From Alphaproteobacteria bacterium MarineAlpha5_Bin12 (lineage in GTDB: Bacteria > Pseudomonadota > Alphaproteobacteria > HIMB59 > GCA-002718135), in assembly GCA_002937855.1 (NCBI GenBank), contig PTKS01000001.1, forward strand, positions 97,948-161,947: 64,000 nucleotides of DNA. Direction: 5' to 3'. The notes below the pieces were generated by a model. It saw nothing but the letters and a program-made list of their open reading frames with translations, searched no databases and was not told the DNA's origin. This document shows positions 31,961 to 40,949 of this stretch, one piece after another (position 1 is the stretch's first letter; every line of letters begins with the position of its first letter). Position numbers and translations under genes: made by a program.

Positions 31961-32848
31961 ATGAAGAATAGTATTTATATCGATATTTTAAAAGAAAAAA
32001 ATAATTTCAATAATTATTTTAAAAAATTATTATCAAGCCAATTATCAACTACTTATCTTGAAAAAGTAATGGAATATAGTGCCTTAAATGGGGGTAAAAG
32101 AATCAGACCGTATTTAGTGAAACAATTTTCATTAATAAAAAAGATAAGATCTACTAATTATAACAGGGTTTCATCGGCAATTGAAATCATTCACTCCTAT
32201 TCTCTTATACATGATGACCTCCCAAGTATGGATAATGACGATTATAGAAGAGGTAAATTGAGTGCTCATAAAAAATATAACGAAGCTCAAGCAATTTTAG
32301 CTGGTGATAGTCTTCATGACCTTGCTTTTGAAATACTAGCAGATAAAAAAACCTGTAATGATACAAAAATAAGGATAGAAATAATAAAATATTTATCAAA
32401 ATCCATTGGTTCTAAAGGTTTGGCTGGGGGTCAATCCTTAGATTTAATTTATGAAAAGAAAAAGGTAAACATCAATGAAATTAAAAGGATGTATTTAATG
32501 AAAACTGGAGCTTTATTTAGATTTTGTTGCATTTCACCACTAATGATTGCTAATTCCTCTAAAAAAGAAATTGCTTTTGCATCTGATTATGGAAATTTTT
32601 TTGGTTTAATTTTTCAAATTGTAGATGATTTTATAGATATAAATGGAAACAAAAATAATATTGGAAAAACGCCTGGCAAAGATATTAAACAAATGAAAAG
32701 CACTTTTGCAAATTATTACAAAAATCAAAATATAAAGAAAGTTTGTTTTAAATTAAAATCAAATTTTTATAGTAAGCACAAATATTACTTAAATAAATGG
32801 AAAAAATTAGATAAAATTTTAGATTATTTAATTTCTCAGTTAAATTAA
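31961..32848 (+). CDS. ispA: (2E,6E)-farnesyl diphosphate synthase / polyprenyl synthetase
   Basis: 295-aa ORF. First Asp-rich motif LIHDDLPSMDNDDYRRG and second Asp-rich motif FQIVDDFID. Confidence 0.88.
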   Translation: MKNSIYIDILKEKNNFNNYFKKLLSSQLSTTYLEKVMEYSALNGGKRIRPYLVKQFSLIKKIRSTNYNRVSSAIEIIHSYSLIHDDLPSMDNDDYRRGKLSAHKKYNEAQAILAGDSLHDLAFEILADKKTCNDTKIRIEIIKYLSKSIGSKGLAGGQSLDLIYEKKKVNINEIKRMYLMKTGALFRFCCISPLMIANSSKKEIAFASDYGNFFGLIFQIVDDFIDINGNKNNIGKTPGKDIKQMKSTFANYYKNQNIKKVCFKLKSNFYSKHKYYLNKWKKLDKILDYLISQLN

Positions 32849-33726
32849 TTAGCTTTTTTTAAGTTCGGTTTCTTTAATTCTAAAATAGTGTGTATAAGCA
32901 ATGTAGATATAATTAAACTTCCTCCAATTATGGTTTCTAAACTTGGAGTTTCCCTAATAATTAACCAAACCCAAATGGGACCTAGAGTCGTTTCTAAAAC
33001 AAAAAATAATTCGACTTCATGTGCTGGCATGTATCTTGGAGCTAAAGTTAAAAATGCTAATGGTATAGTAACAAAAAAAACACACATTATTGGTACCAAA
33101 TAAATATCAGCTCCTTCAAGATATAAGGATTTAACAAAAAAAATAGTAAATAACATTGTAAAAAACTTTGCTATCATTAAAGAGGGTAAAAAATTTGCCA
33201 ACTTACCAATTCTAATAACAACTGAACTTGCCCCAACTAAAAATGCTGTTATAAAACCGAAAAAATCTCCTACAAGCCTTCCTGATTGATAAGAATCATT
33301 AAAAATAAATAAAACAAATATAAAACATAAAAACATAGCAATCCAAGTTCTTTTTTTCGGATATTCTTTTAATAAAAATATACTTAAAAATGCTGCCATA
33401 AATGGTGCTAAACTTAACATAACTAATGTATTAGCAACATTTGTGTTTTCTAAAGAAAAAATAAAAGTGATATTTGTTAAAGCTACAATTAAGGCATTAA
33501 TTAAACCTGCATAACCAATTATAAATATAGCTTTAAAAAAATTTTTTTTATAAAAAATTATCAAGCCAATTAATAAAATAAAAAAAGGGATAATGCCTCT
33601 GTAAAATACTAAATCCCAGGAGTTTATTTTAACTAATCTAATAAACAAAGAATCAGGAGTGATAATTAAAATACCTATTAATGATAAGAAAATACCTTTT
33701 TTTTGGTCAGATAAATTTTTAATCAT
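32845..33726 (-). CDS. EamA/DMT-family transporter (10 TM)
   Basis: 293-aa polytopic ORF. 4-nt overlap with the upstream aldolase-SDR gene. Confidence 0.75.
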   Translation of the reverse strand: MIKNLSDQKKGIFLSLIGILIITPDSLFIRLVKINSWDLVFYRGIIPFFILLIGLIIFYKKNFFKAIFIIGYAGLINALIVALTNITFIFSLENTNVANTLVMLSLAPFMAAFLSIFLLKEYPKKRTWIAMFLCFIFVLFIFNDSYQSGRLVGDFFGFITAFLVGASSVVIRIGKLANFLPSLMIAKFFTMLFTIFFVKSLYLEGADIYLVPIMCVFFVTIPLAFLTLAPRYMPAHEVELFFVLETTLGPIWVWLIIRETPSLETIIGGSLIISTLLIHTILELKKPNLKKAN

Positions 33727-35744
33727 CTTAAGCTTGCTTCAATATTTCCACCGTCAACTGTTATAATATTTCCTGTTGTTTTTTTTAATTTTGATTGAAA
33801 AACGAAAGCTTTTGCTACATCAAATGCGGTTACTTCTTTATTCAGAAGGTTTCCCTTCATATAGTTTTTTAAAGATAAATTTCTTGCTTTTGATCTTTTG
33901 ATTATCATTTTTTGAGTAAGTATTCCGCTTCTGATACGATCAGCATTTATTCCATTAAATCTAATATTATATTTACTATACTCTAAGGCATATTGTTTCA
34001 TTAAAAACAGAGTTGTAGATTTAGGTAGGCCATAAGGGCCAAAATTCTTTCCTGGATTAATTGATTGTTTAGAAATATTAAATAAAATTAAACCTCCAAA
34101 ATTTTGTTTTAAATAAATATTAACTGCATTTTGTGAAGCGTATTGATGGGAGAAAAAATTAATTTCAAAGCTATTTTTGATTATTTTTGAATCAACTTGA
34201 GCAATTTTGCCTTCAAATGCTTTTCCAGCATTAGAAATCAAAATATCTATTCCTCCATAAGTTTTAATTATGTTATTAAACGAATTTTTTACTTCAACAT
34301 TATTAGTGAGATTGCATTTTATAATTTTACATCTTTTAATTATATTTTCAGGAAGCCTTTTTATAGATTTTATATCATTATCTAATAAAACTACTTCGGC
34401 CCCCTCTTTTAAAAATTCTTGAGCAGTAGCAATTCCAATAGTTCCACAACCACCTGTAATTACAACAATATTTCCTTCTAATTCTAATTGTTTTCTATTC
34501 GTAATTTTGGCCATTTCTAAAGGCCAATATTCCATTTTAAATATTTCTTTTTGACTTATTGATTTAAAATTTCCTATTTTTGAAGCATCTTTTATCGAAT
34601 TGACCATTGATAAAAAAATATCTGCACCAATTTTAGTCTCTTTATAATTCCTATTGATACTTAATAATCCATAGCCAGGTAAAATTATAATTCTTGGTAA
34701 ATTATCAGTAATTTTAGAATTCTTAACAAATTTTTTATTTTTTTTAAAATAAATTTTATACTTTTTTATAAAATTAGTTATCTGCATCTCAATTAATTTA
34801 TTGGATAATTTATTGACATTTAAGATTAAAAAGAAAGGTTTTATTCTTATAACATGATCAGGTGTAACTGGACCTTTGTTTATAATTTGAAAAATATCTT
34901 TTCTTAAAGTAAAATCAATTATTTCTTTAGAATTATAAAAATTAAGTATAAATCTTTTTTTAGAAAACTTATAGACTGCTTTTCTTATTGCTGTAATTAC
35001 TTCTGAAATTTCAATATTTTTTTTAATGTAATTTTTTTTTAATTTTACTTCTTTTAATTTATTTATATATTTTTCAGCTTTATTCACATATTTAATCATT
35101 CGATCATAACTTTCTTTTGCACTTTCACCAAAAGTAAATATTCCATGATTTAATAATATCATACATTCTATACTTTTATTTTTATTAAATTCTTGTTTAG
35201 CTTTTTTAGCTAATTCAAACCCTGGCATAGTATAAGGAACAATAGAAATTTTTTTTCCAAAAACCTTATTGCATAAAGCTTTTGAATTTTTTTGATTTAC
35301 TATACTCAATATAGCTGAGGAATGAGTATGATCTATATATTTATGGGGTAAAAAAGCATGTAAAAGAGTTTCAACAGATGGATTTGGAGAAGTGGTATCA
35401 ATTAAATTTTTTCTGAGATAGTTAACCATATTTTTATCGTCTAGTTTTTTTAATTTTTCCACCTCCAGCAATGGTTTTAACTCTAAACAAGGCATACCAT
35501 TCTCATTTAGATTAGACATATCCCAGCCACTACCTTTTACGTATATAACGTCAATAATTTTTCCTGAAATATTTCTAAGATAGCCTTTTAACGATGTGTT
35601 GCCGCCACCATGTAAAACTAAGTTTTTTTCTCTTCCGAGTAAATGAGTTGAATATATTCTTAACGCGAGATTTTTATCTATCTTTTTCTTTTTGTATTCA
35701 TTAATATATCTTATTGATTCTTTTGGATTCCAATTATTTTTCAT
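33723..35744 (-). CDS. Bifunctional class II aldolase / short-chain dehydrogenase fusion (RhaD/YuxG-type architecture)
   Basis: 673-aa ORF. N-terminal LHGGGNTSLK and HAFLPHKYIDHTHS (class II aldolase Zn site). C-terminal SDR with VITGGCGTIGIA and YGLPK (YxxxK). Confidence 0.8.
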   Translation of the reverse strand: MKNNWNPKESIRYINEYKKKKIDKNLALRIYSTHLLGREKNLVLHGGGNTSLKGYLRNISGKIIDVIYVKGSGWDMSNLNENGMPCLELKPLLEVEKLKKLDDKNMVNYLRKNLIDTTSPNPSVETLLHAFLPHKYIDHTHSSAILSIVNQKNSKALCNKVFGKKISIVPYTMPGFELAKKAKQEFNKNKSIECMILLNHGIFTFGESAKESYDRMIKYVNKAEKYINKLKEVKLKKNYIKKNIEISEVITAIRKAVYKFSKKRFILNFYNSKEIIDFTLRKDIFQIINKGPVTPDHVIRIKPFFLILNVNKLSNKLIEMQITNFIKKYKIYFKKNKKFVKNSKITDNLPRIIILPGYGLLSINRNYKETKIGADIFLSMVNSIKDASKIGNFKSISQKEIFKMEYWPLEMAKITNRKQLELEGNIVVITGGCGTIGIATAQEFLKEGAEVVLLDNDIKSIKRLPENIIKRCKIIKCNLTNNVEVKNSFNNIIKTYGGIDILISNAGKAFEGKIAQVDSKIIKNSFEINFFSHQYASQNAVNIYLKQNFGGLILFNISKQSINPGKNFGPYGLPKSTTLFLMKQYALEYSKYNIRFNGINADRIRSGILTQKMIIKRSKARNLSLKNYMKGNLLNKEVTAFDVAKAFVFQSKLKKTTGNIITVDGGNIEASLR

Positions 35745-36823
35745 TATTCTAATAAAGATAATATTGAGTTTTTAGTTGCATCTACAACTTTTTTTTCAGT
35801 TATAATTTTATTAATAAATTTTGCGGGAGTTACATCAAAAGCATAATTTACAGATATTGAATTAGTTGGTGTTGTTCTTATTTTTGTAATTTTTCCTTCT
35901 TTGTCTAAACCTGTCATATATGATATTTCTTCTGAATCTCTTACTTCTATAGGAACTTGATTAATACCATCGTTCATTGAAAAATCAATACTCGAAATTG
36001 GTGCCGCAACATAGAAAGGAATATTGTTTTCTTTTGCTGCTAATGCTTTAAGATAAGTGCCTATTTTATTACAAACATCACCCGTTGCTGTAGTTCTATC
36101 AGTGCCTGTAATACAAACATCTACCATTTTATTTTGCATTAAATGTCCTCCAGTATTATCTACAACCAGTGAACAAGGTATCCCTTCATTCATTAATTCC
36201 CAAGCTGTTAAATTAAAACCTTGGTTTCTAGGTCTTGTTTCATCAACCCATATATGAAGAGGAATTCCTTTTCTGTGTGCCTTATATACTGGAGCTAATG
36301 CTGTACCCCAATCTACAGTGGCCAACCAACCTGCATTACAATGAGTTAAAACATTTACTTTATCTTTTTTCTTATCATAAATTTCGTTTAAAAGTTCAAA
36401 GCCATTATTGCCAATATTGTTGCAAGCATTTATGTCATCTTGTCTTATTTGATTTGCAAGATTTAAAATAGTATCAGTATTTTTTTCTTTGCTTTGATTT
36501 TTAATTTTATTTAAAATTTTTTTTACTGCCCATTCTATATTAACTGCAGTAGGTCTAGTATTAATTAATTCTTCACCAGTTTTAATTAAATTTTCATAAG
36601 AGCTGTCAATTTTTGAAGATAAATACATTCCATATGACGCTGTAACACCAATCAATGGCGCTCCTCTTACTTGCATTTCTTTTATGGCGAAAATTACGTC
36701 CTTTAGACTATTTAATTCTTGTATTTTTAATTCAAATGGAAGCAGTCTTTGGTCAATAATTTTGATATTTTCAGAATTATTATCCATCCATATTGTTTGC
36801 ATATTTTTATTATTTACTTTCAT
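35744..36823 (-). CDS. mtnA: S-methyl-5-thioribose-1-phosphate isomerase
   Basis: 359-aa ORF. IDQRLLP, MQVRGAPLIGVTASYG, GTDRTTATGDVCNKIGTY. Confidence 0.88.
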   Translation of the reverse strand: MKVNNKNMQTIWMDNNSENIKIIDQRLLPFELKIQELNSLKDVIFAIKEMQVRGAPLIGVTASYGMYLSSKIDSSYENLIKTGEELINTRPTAVNIEWAVKKILNKIKNQSKEKNTDTILNLANQIRQDDINACNNIGNNGFELLNEIYDKKKDKVNVLTHCNAGWLATVDWGTALAPVYKAHRKGIPLHIWVDETRPRNQGFNLTAWELMNEGIPCSLVVDNTGGHLMQNKMVDVCITGTDRTTATGDVCNKIGTYLKALAAKENNIPFYVAAPISSIDFSMNDGINQVPIEVRDSEEISYMTGLDKEGKITKIRTTPTNSISVNYAFDVTPAKFINKIITEKKVVDATKNSILSLLE

Positions 36824-37701
36824 TTATTATCTTTATTATATCTTTCTAAAATTGTTTTTAATTTTTTTCTAGTGTCTTTTTTCCAATATTTTTTTTGTGT
36901 AACTATTGAATTATTTAAAATAGAAGAAGTATTGTCAGCTCCAAAATCAATCCCTTTCGAATAAAGATAAGTAAATTTTTTAATAAAATTTAGAGCATTT
37001 TCACTATTATTTTTTAAATTTTTTAATAACATTTCAACATCAACAGATTCAAAATTATCATGCCAACAGTCATAGTCAGTAACCATTGAAATTGAACAAT
37101 ATCTCATTTCTGCTTCCCTAGCTAATTTTGCTTCTGGCATATTAGTCATCCCAATAACATCTGCATTCCAAGATTTATATAAAAGGGATTCTGATCTTGT
37201 AGAAAATTGAGGACCTTCAATTGCTACATAAGTCCCCATATATTGATTTCTTATATTTAATTCTTTTAAAACTTTTAAAGATAATTTCATTAAAATTTTT
37301 GAAGTTGGTTTTGCCATTGGAACATGAGCAACTATTCCATCTTTGAAAAAAGTTTTTTCTCTTAGCTGTGTTTTATCAATAAATTGATCAACAATTACGA
37401 ATGTTCCTGGAGATAATTTTTCTTTCAAAGAGCCTACAGCAGATAGAGAAATTAAATCGGTAACATTACACTTTTTTAAACATTCTATATTTGCTCGATA
37501 ATTTATTTCTTGAGGTGACAATTTGTGTCCCCTACCATGACGTGAAAGAAAATATACTTTCTGATTTCCAATTTTACCTTCTATGATTTTATCCGATGGT
37601 TTTCCAAAAGAAGATCTTATTGAAATAGCTTTTTTGTTTTTTATAAAATCTATATCATACAAACCACTTCCTCCTATAAATCCTAATATTTGATTATTCA
37701 T
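36820..37701 (-). CDS. mtnP: S-methyl-5'-thioadenosine phosphorylase
   Basis: 293-aa ORF. GFIGGSGLYD, FLSRHGRGH, GMTNMPEAKLAREAE. Confidence 0.88.
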   Translation of the reverse strand: MNNQILGFIGGSGLYDIDFIKNKKAISIRSSFGKPSDKIIEGKIGNQKVYFLSRHGRGHKLSPQEINYRANIECLKKCNVTDLISLSAVGSLKEKLSPGTFVIVDQFIDKTQLREKTFFKDGIVAHVPMAKPTSKILMKLSLKVLKELNIRNQYMGTYVAIEGPQFSTRSESLLYKSWNADVIGMTNMPEAKLAREAEMRYCSISMVTDYDCWHDNFESVDVEMLLKNLKNNSENALNFIKKFTYLYSKGIDFGADNTSSILNNSIVTQKKYWKKDTRKKLKTILERYNKDNK

Positions 37702-37714
37702 AAAAATTTACTCT

Positions 37715-38743
37715 CTAAATTGATGGCCAAGTATCAGTTAAGCGATAGCCTTGAGGAAAGGGATTATTTTCATCTAAATATAATGTTTGTTCACCTGTTA
37801 TCCAAGCTTGGCCAGTTAAAACTGGCACTATTGCTTTAATGTTATTAATAGCAATTTCTTCTTTTATATAACATTCAAAAGAAGTCCCTAATATCGATTT
37901 TGACTCAAATAATTGTTGAATTTTAATTTGGTTTTTTTTATACATATACGCAAGCCTTGCTGAGCTACCAGTTCCACATGGAGATCTGTCAAGTTTTTTT
38001 GGTCTAATACATACTGTGTTTTTACCTTCCAGATTATCAAGAGAATTGATAAATGGTTTATCCATTAACATACAAAAAGAAATATAATTTAAATTATCTA
38101 ATTGCGGATGTTTGAAACCTAACTGTTCTGAAGCTGATTTTGTTATTTTTGAACAAATATCAACTATTTTATCTGCGTTTTCTGGTTTTATTTCTATATT
38201 TATATCTGAATTATTAACTAAAACAAAGCTATCACCTCCATAAGCTGTACTTACTGTTAAATCACCTAATCCAGGAACTGAAATGTTTTTATCTAAATCA
38301 ACCACAAATGAGGGTAAATTAGTAATAGATACCTTTTTTACTTTTTGATTTTCACATTCTGCTTCAACTTCTATTAATCCTCCTGGAGCTTCAAGTGTTA
38401 TCTTCATATTTGAATTTTTAATTGGAATAATATTTTTTTCTAAAAGCACAGTAGCTACACAAATAGAATTACTTCCAGACATTGGAGGTAAGTCCATTGG
38501 TTCCATTATAATAAAACCCATATCAGCTTTGGGGTTTTTAGGAGGAACAAGTAAATTAACATGTTTAAAAACACCACCTCTTGGCTCGTTCAATATAAAT
38601 TCCCATAATTTTTTATTTTTTTTTAAAAAATATGATTGTTCTAAAAGAGTTTTACCTGGCGGTGGTTCAACACCTTCAATTATTACATCGCCTACTTCAC
38701 CACAACAGTTAGCTGAGATCAATTTAATATTTCTCATGATCAA
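37715..38743 (-). CDS. Proline racemase-superfamily protein with a Ser/Cys (not Cys/Cys) catalytic pair
   Basis: 342-aa ORF. EPRGG. PPMSGSNS where the family has MCGH. DRSPCGTGSSA retained. Confidence 0.75.
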   Translation of the reverse strand: MIMRNIKLISANCCGEVGDVIIEGVEPPPGKTLLEQSYFLKKNKKLWEFILNEPRGGVFKHVNLLVPPKNPKADMGFIIMEPMDLPPMSGSNSICVATVLLEKNIIPIKNSNMKITLEAPGGLIEVEAECENQKVKKVSITNLPSFVVDLDKNISVPGLGDLTVSTAYGGDSFVLVNNSDINIEIKPENADKIVDICSKITKSASEQLGFKHPQLDNLNYISFCMLMDKPFINSLDNLEGKNTVCIRPKKLDRSPCGTGSSARLAYMYKKNQIKIQQLFESKSILGTSFECYIKEEIAINNIKAIVPVLTGQAWITGEQTLYLDENNPFPQGYRLTDTWPSI

Positions 38744-38758
38744 TATTAATTTTATAAA

Positions 38759-39610
38759 TTATATATTTTTACTAACTAGATAAACAAATATTAAAGACGT
38801 TGCAAACATTATTAGACTATACGTTGCTGCTGGGATTAGATAAACCCCTCCTCCAAAAATTGAAGTAGCAACTACAATTGCTAATGTTCCATTCTGCAAG
38901 CCACATTCTATAGTAATCGATTTTCTTTGTTTTTTACCTGAACCCAATAATTTAGCTATATAGAATGCAAAACTCATCATAATTAAATTTAATACTAAAG
39001 TTATTGCACCTGCTTGTGAAAAATAAGAAACTATATTTTCTCTTTCGGATAGGATTGCTCCCATTAATACTAAAACAAATAATCCTGCTGAAATTTTTTT
39101 TGCTAATGGCTCAAAAGATAAAGAAGTTTTAGATAAAAATTTCTTGCAGGTCATTCCTAAAAGCACTGGAACAGTAACTATAAGAAACATGCTCAAGGCA
39201 ATATCCATTAAATTAATATTCTGATTCCCAATATCTGTAGATAAAAAATCAACTGATGTAATGATTATAAAAGGAATAGTAAAAACACATAGCAAACTTA
39301 TAATAGCTGTAAGAGAGATTGATAAAGCAACATCCCCCTTTGCAAAAGAAGTGAGAATATTTGAAGTTGCACCTCCTGGTGCCGCAGCAATTATCATTAC
39401 TCCTATTGCCAATTCGGGGCTCAATGGCCAAAAGCTTACTAATAATAATGCAATTAATGGAAGTGCAATTATTTGAGAAAAAGCCCCTACGAAAAAATCT
39501 TTAGGTTGTTTTGCAACCCTCAAAAAATCCTCCCCAGTCAAACCTAAACCAAGAGAAAACATTATGAATGCTAAAGCCAATGGTAATATAACATCTGTAA
39601 TAATTCCCAT
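38759..39610 (-). CDS. Bile acid:Na+ symporter (BASS)-family transporter
   Basis: 283-aa polytopic ORF. AAPGGATSN and ECGLQNG motif regions typical of BASS. Confidence 0.75.
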   Translation of the reverse strand: MGIITDVILPLALAFIMFSLGLGLTGEDFLRVAKQPKDFFVGAFSQIIALPLIALLLVSFWPLSPELAIGVMIIAAAPGGATSNILTSFAKGDVALSISLTAIISLLCVFTIPFIIITSVDFLSTDIGNQNINLMDIALSMFLIVTVPVLLGMTCKKFLSKTSLSFEPLAKKISAGLFVLVLMGAILSERENIVSYFSQAGAITLVLNLIMMSFAFYIAKLLGSGKKQRKSITIECGLQNGTLAIVVATSIFGGGVYLIPAATYSLIMFATSLIFVYLVSKNI

Positions 39611-39711
39611 ATATTTAGCTTACTATATAATCTTACATATTCAAAACAATTTTGAAACTATTTCTAAAATATTGAGTTATTTTTGGTAATATTAACTATA
39701 TAAACTGTCTA

Positions 39712-40305
39712 ATGATAGATTACATTCCTCAACTAATTATTTACGTATTTATAGCTGCAATTACGCCAGGTCCAAATAATACAATTGCATTTTATACAAG
39801 TTATAATTTCGGAATAAAAAATTCTTTACATATTCCTATAGCTGCAACAATTGGAGTTAGTTTAATTCAATTATTATGCTGCATTGGTCTAGGGTCTATA
39901 CTCCTAAAGTTTCCAATCATACAAAGCATACTTAAAGTTTTTGGATGTATCTATTTAATTTATTTAGCGTATCAAATATCAAAATTCAAAATCTCAAAAA
40001 ATCAACAAAATGTTAAAAAAATAAATTTTTTTGAATGCTTTTTGTTTCAATTTATGAATCCAAAACTTTATGTATTTGCATCAACGACATCAGTTATTTT
40101 TACAAATTATAATTACAACTTTTTATTAGAAACATTTGCAATTGTTTCAATTATGGGAGGGATGACAATAATAGCTATATCAATATGGATTTTCTTGGGA
40201 AACTTTTTATTAAAACTTTTCAATAATGATGTACAAAGAAAAATAATTAATTACACTTTAAGTTTGTTTTTACTTGCTACAGCAATTTGGATTTTTACTA
40301 GCTAA
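39712..40305 (+). CDS. LysE/RhtB-family amino-acid/metabolite exporter
   Basis: 197-aa ORF, 6 TM. N-terminal ITPGPNN motif. Confidence 0.75.
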   Translation: MIDYIPQLIIYVFIAAITPGPNNTIAFYTSYNFGIKNSLHIPIAATIGVSLIQLLCCIGLGSILLKFPIIQSILKVFGCIYLIYLAYQISKFKISKNQQNVKKINFFECFLFQFMNPKLYVFASTTSVIFTNYNYNFLLETFAIVSIMGGMTIIAISIWIFLGNFLLKLFNNDVQRKIINYTLSLFLLATAIWIFTS

Positions 40306-40320
40306 ATTTTTAATTATAAT

Positions 40321-40947
40321 ATGAATAAAAAAAACATTGATAACAAAATCCCAATTTACAAAATTTCATCAAAAAAAAAGATGATAGAGTATTATGACAA
40401 TTGGACAATTAACAATAAATACAATCAGGATATGATCAATTGGAAATATGTAGCTCCAAAAAATACTGTTAATCTCTTTAGCAAATTTACAAAAAACAAG
40501 AAGCAAAAAATCCTAGATGCTGGTTGTGGTACAGGTTTAGTTGGGGTTGAGTTAATGAAAAAAGGATTCACAAATACAATAGGAGCAGATTTTTCTAAAA
40601 GTATGCTTAATTTAGTTCCAAAAAAATTATATAAATCTTTAGAACTTATTGATTTAAATAAAAAACTTGATTTTAAAAACAACAGTTTTGATACTGTAAT
40701 TTGTGTAGGGACATTTACCTATGGGCATGTGAAAGCAAATACATTAAATGAATTTATAAGAATTACAAAAAAAGATGGGATAATTTGTTTTACTATCAAT
40801 GAAGGAATTTATTTTAAATATAAATTTGATGAAAAAATTAAAGAATTATCAAATAAAAAAATTTGGAAAATATTAAAATTCCTTAAATCATCATATATAA
40901 TAAATAAAAAAGTTGATTCATGGTTGTGTATTGCAAAAATTCTTTAA
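40321..40947 (+). CDS. Class I SAM-dependent methyltransferase
   Basis: 208-aa ORF. Motif I ILDAGCGTGLVG. Confidence 0.75.
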   Translation: MNKKNIDNKIPIYKISSKKKMIEYYDNWTINNKYNQDMINWKYVAPKNTVNLFSKFTKNKKQKILDAGCGTGLVGVELMKKGFTNTIGADFSKSMLNLVPKKLYKSLELIDLNKKLDFKNNSFDTVICVGTFTYGHVKANTLNEFIRITKKDGIICFTINEGIYFKYKFDEKIKELSNKKIWKILKFLKSSYIINKKVDSWLCIAKIL

Positions 40948-40949
40948 AA

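Noticed and set aside
33723-35744. Annotating the aldolase-SDR fusion as a rhamnose-catabolic enzyme (rhamnulose-1-P aldolase/lactaldehyde dehydrogenase)
   Set aside because: No rhaA/rhaB/rhaM or sugar transporter is nearby. The gene is translationally coupled to mtnA/mtnP instead. I kept the architecture label but not the rhamnose function.
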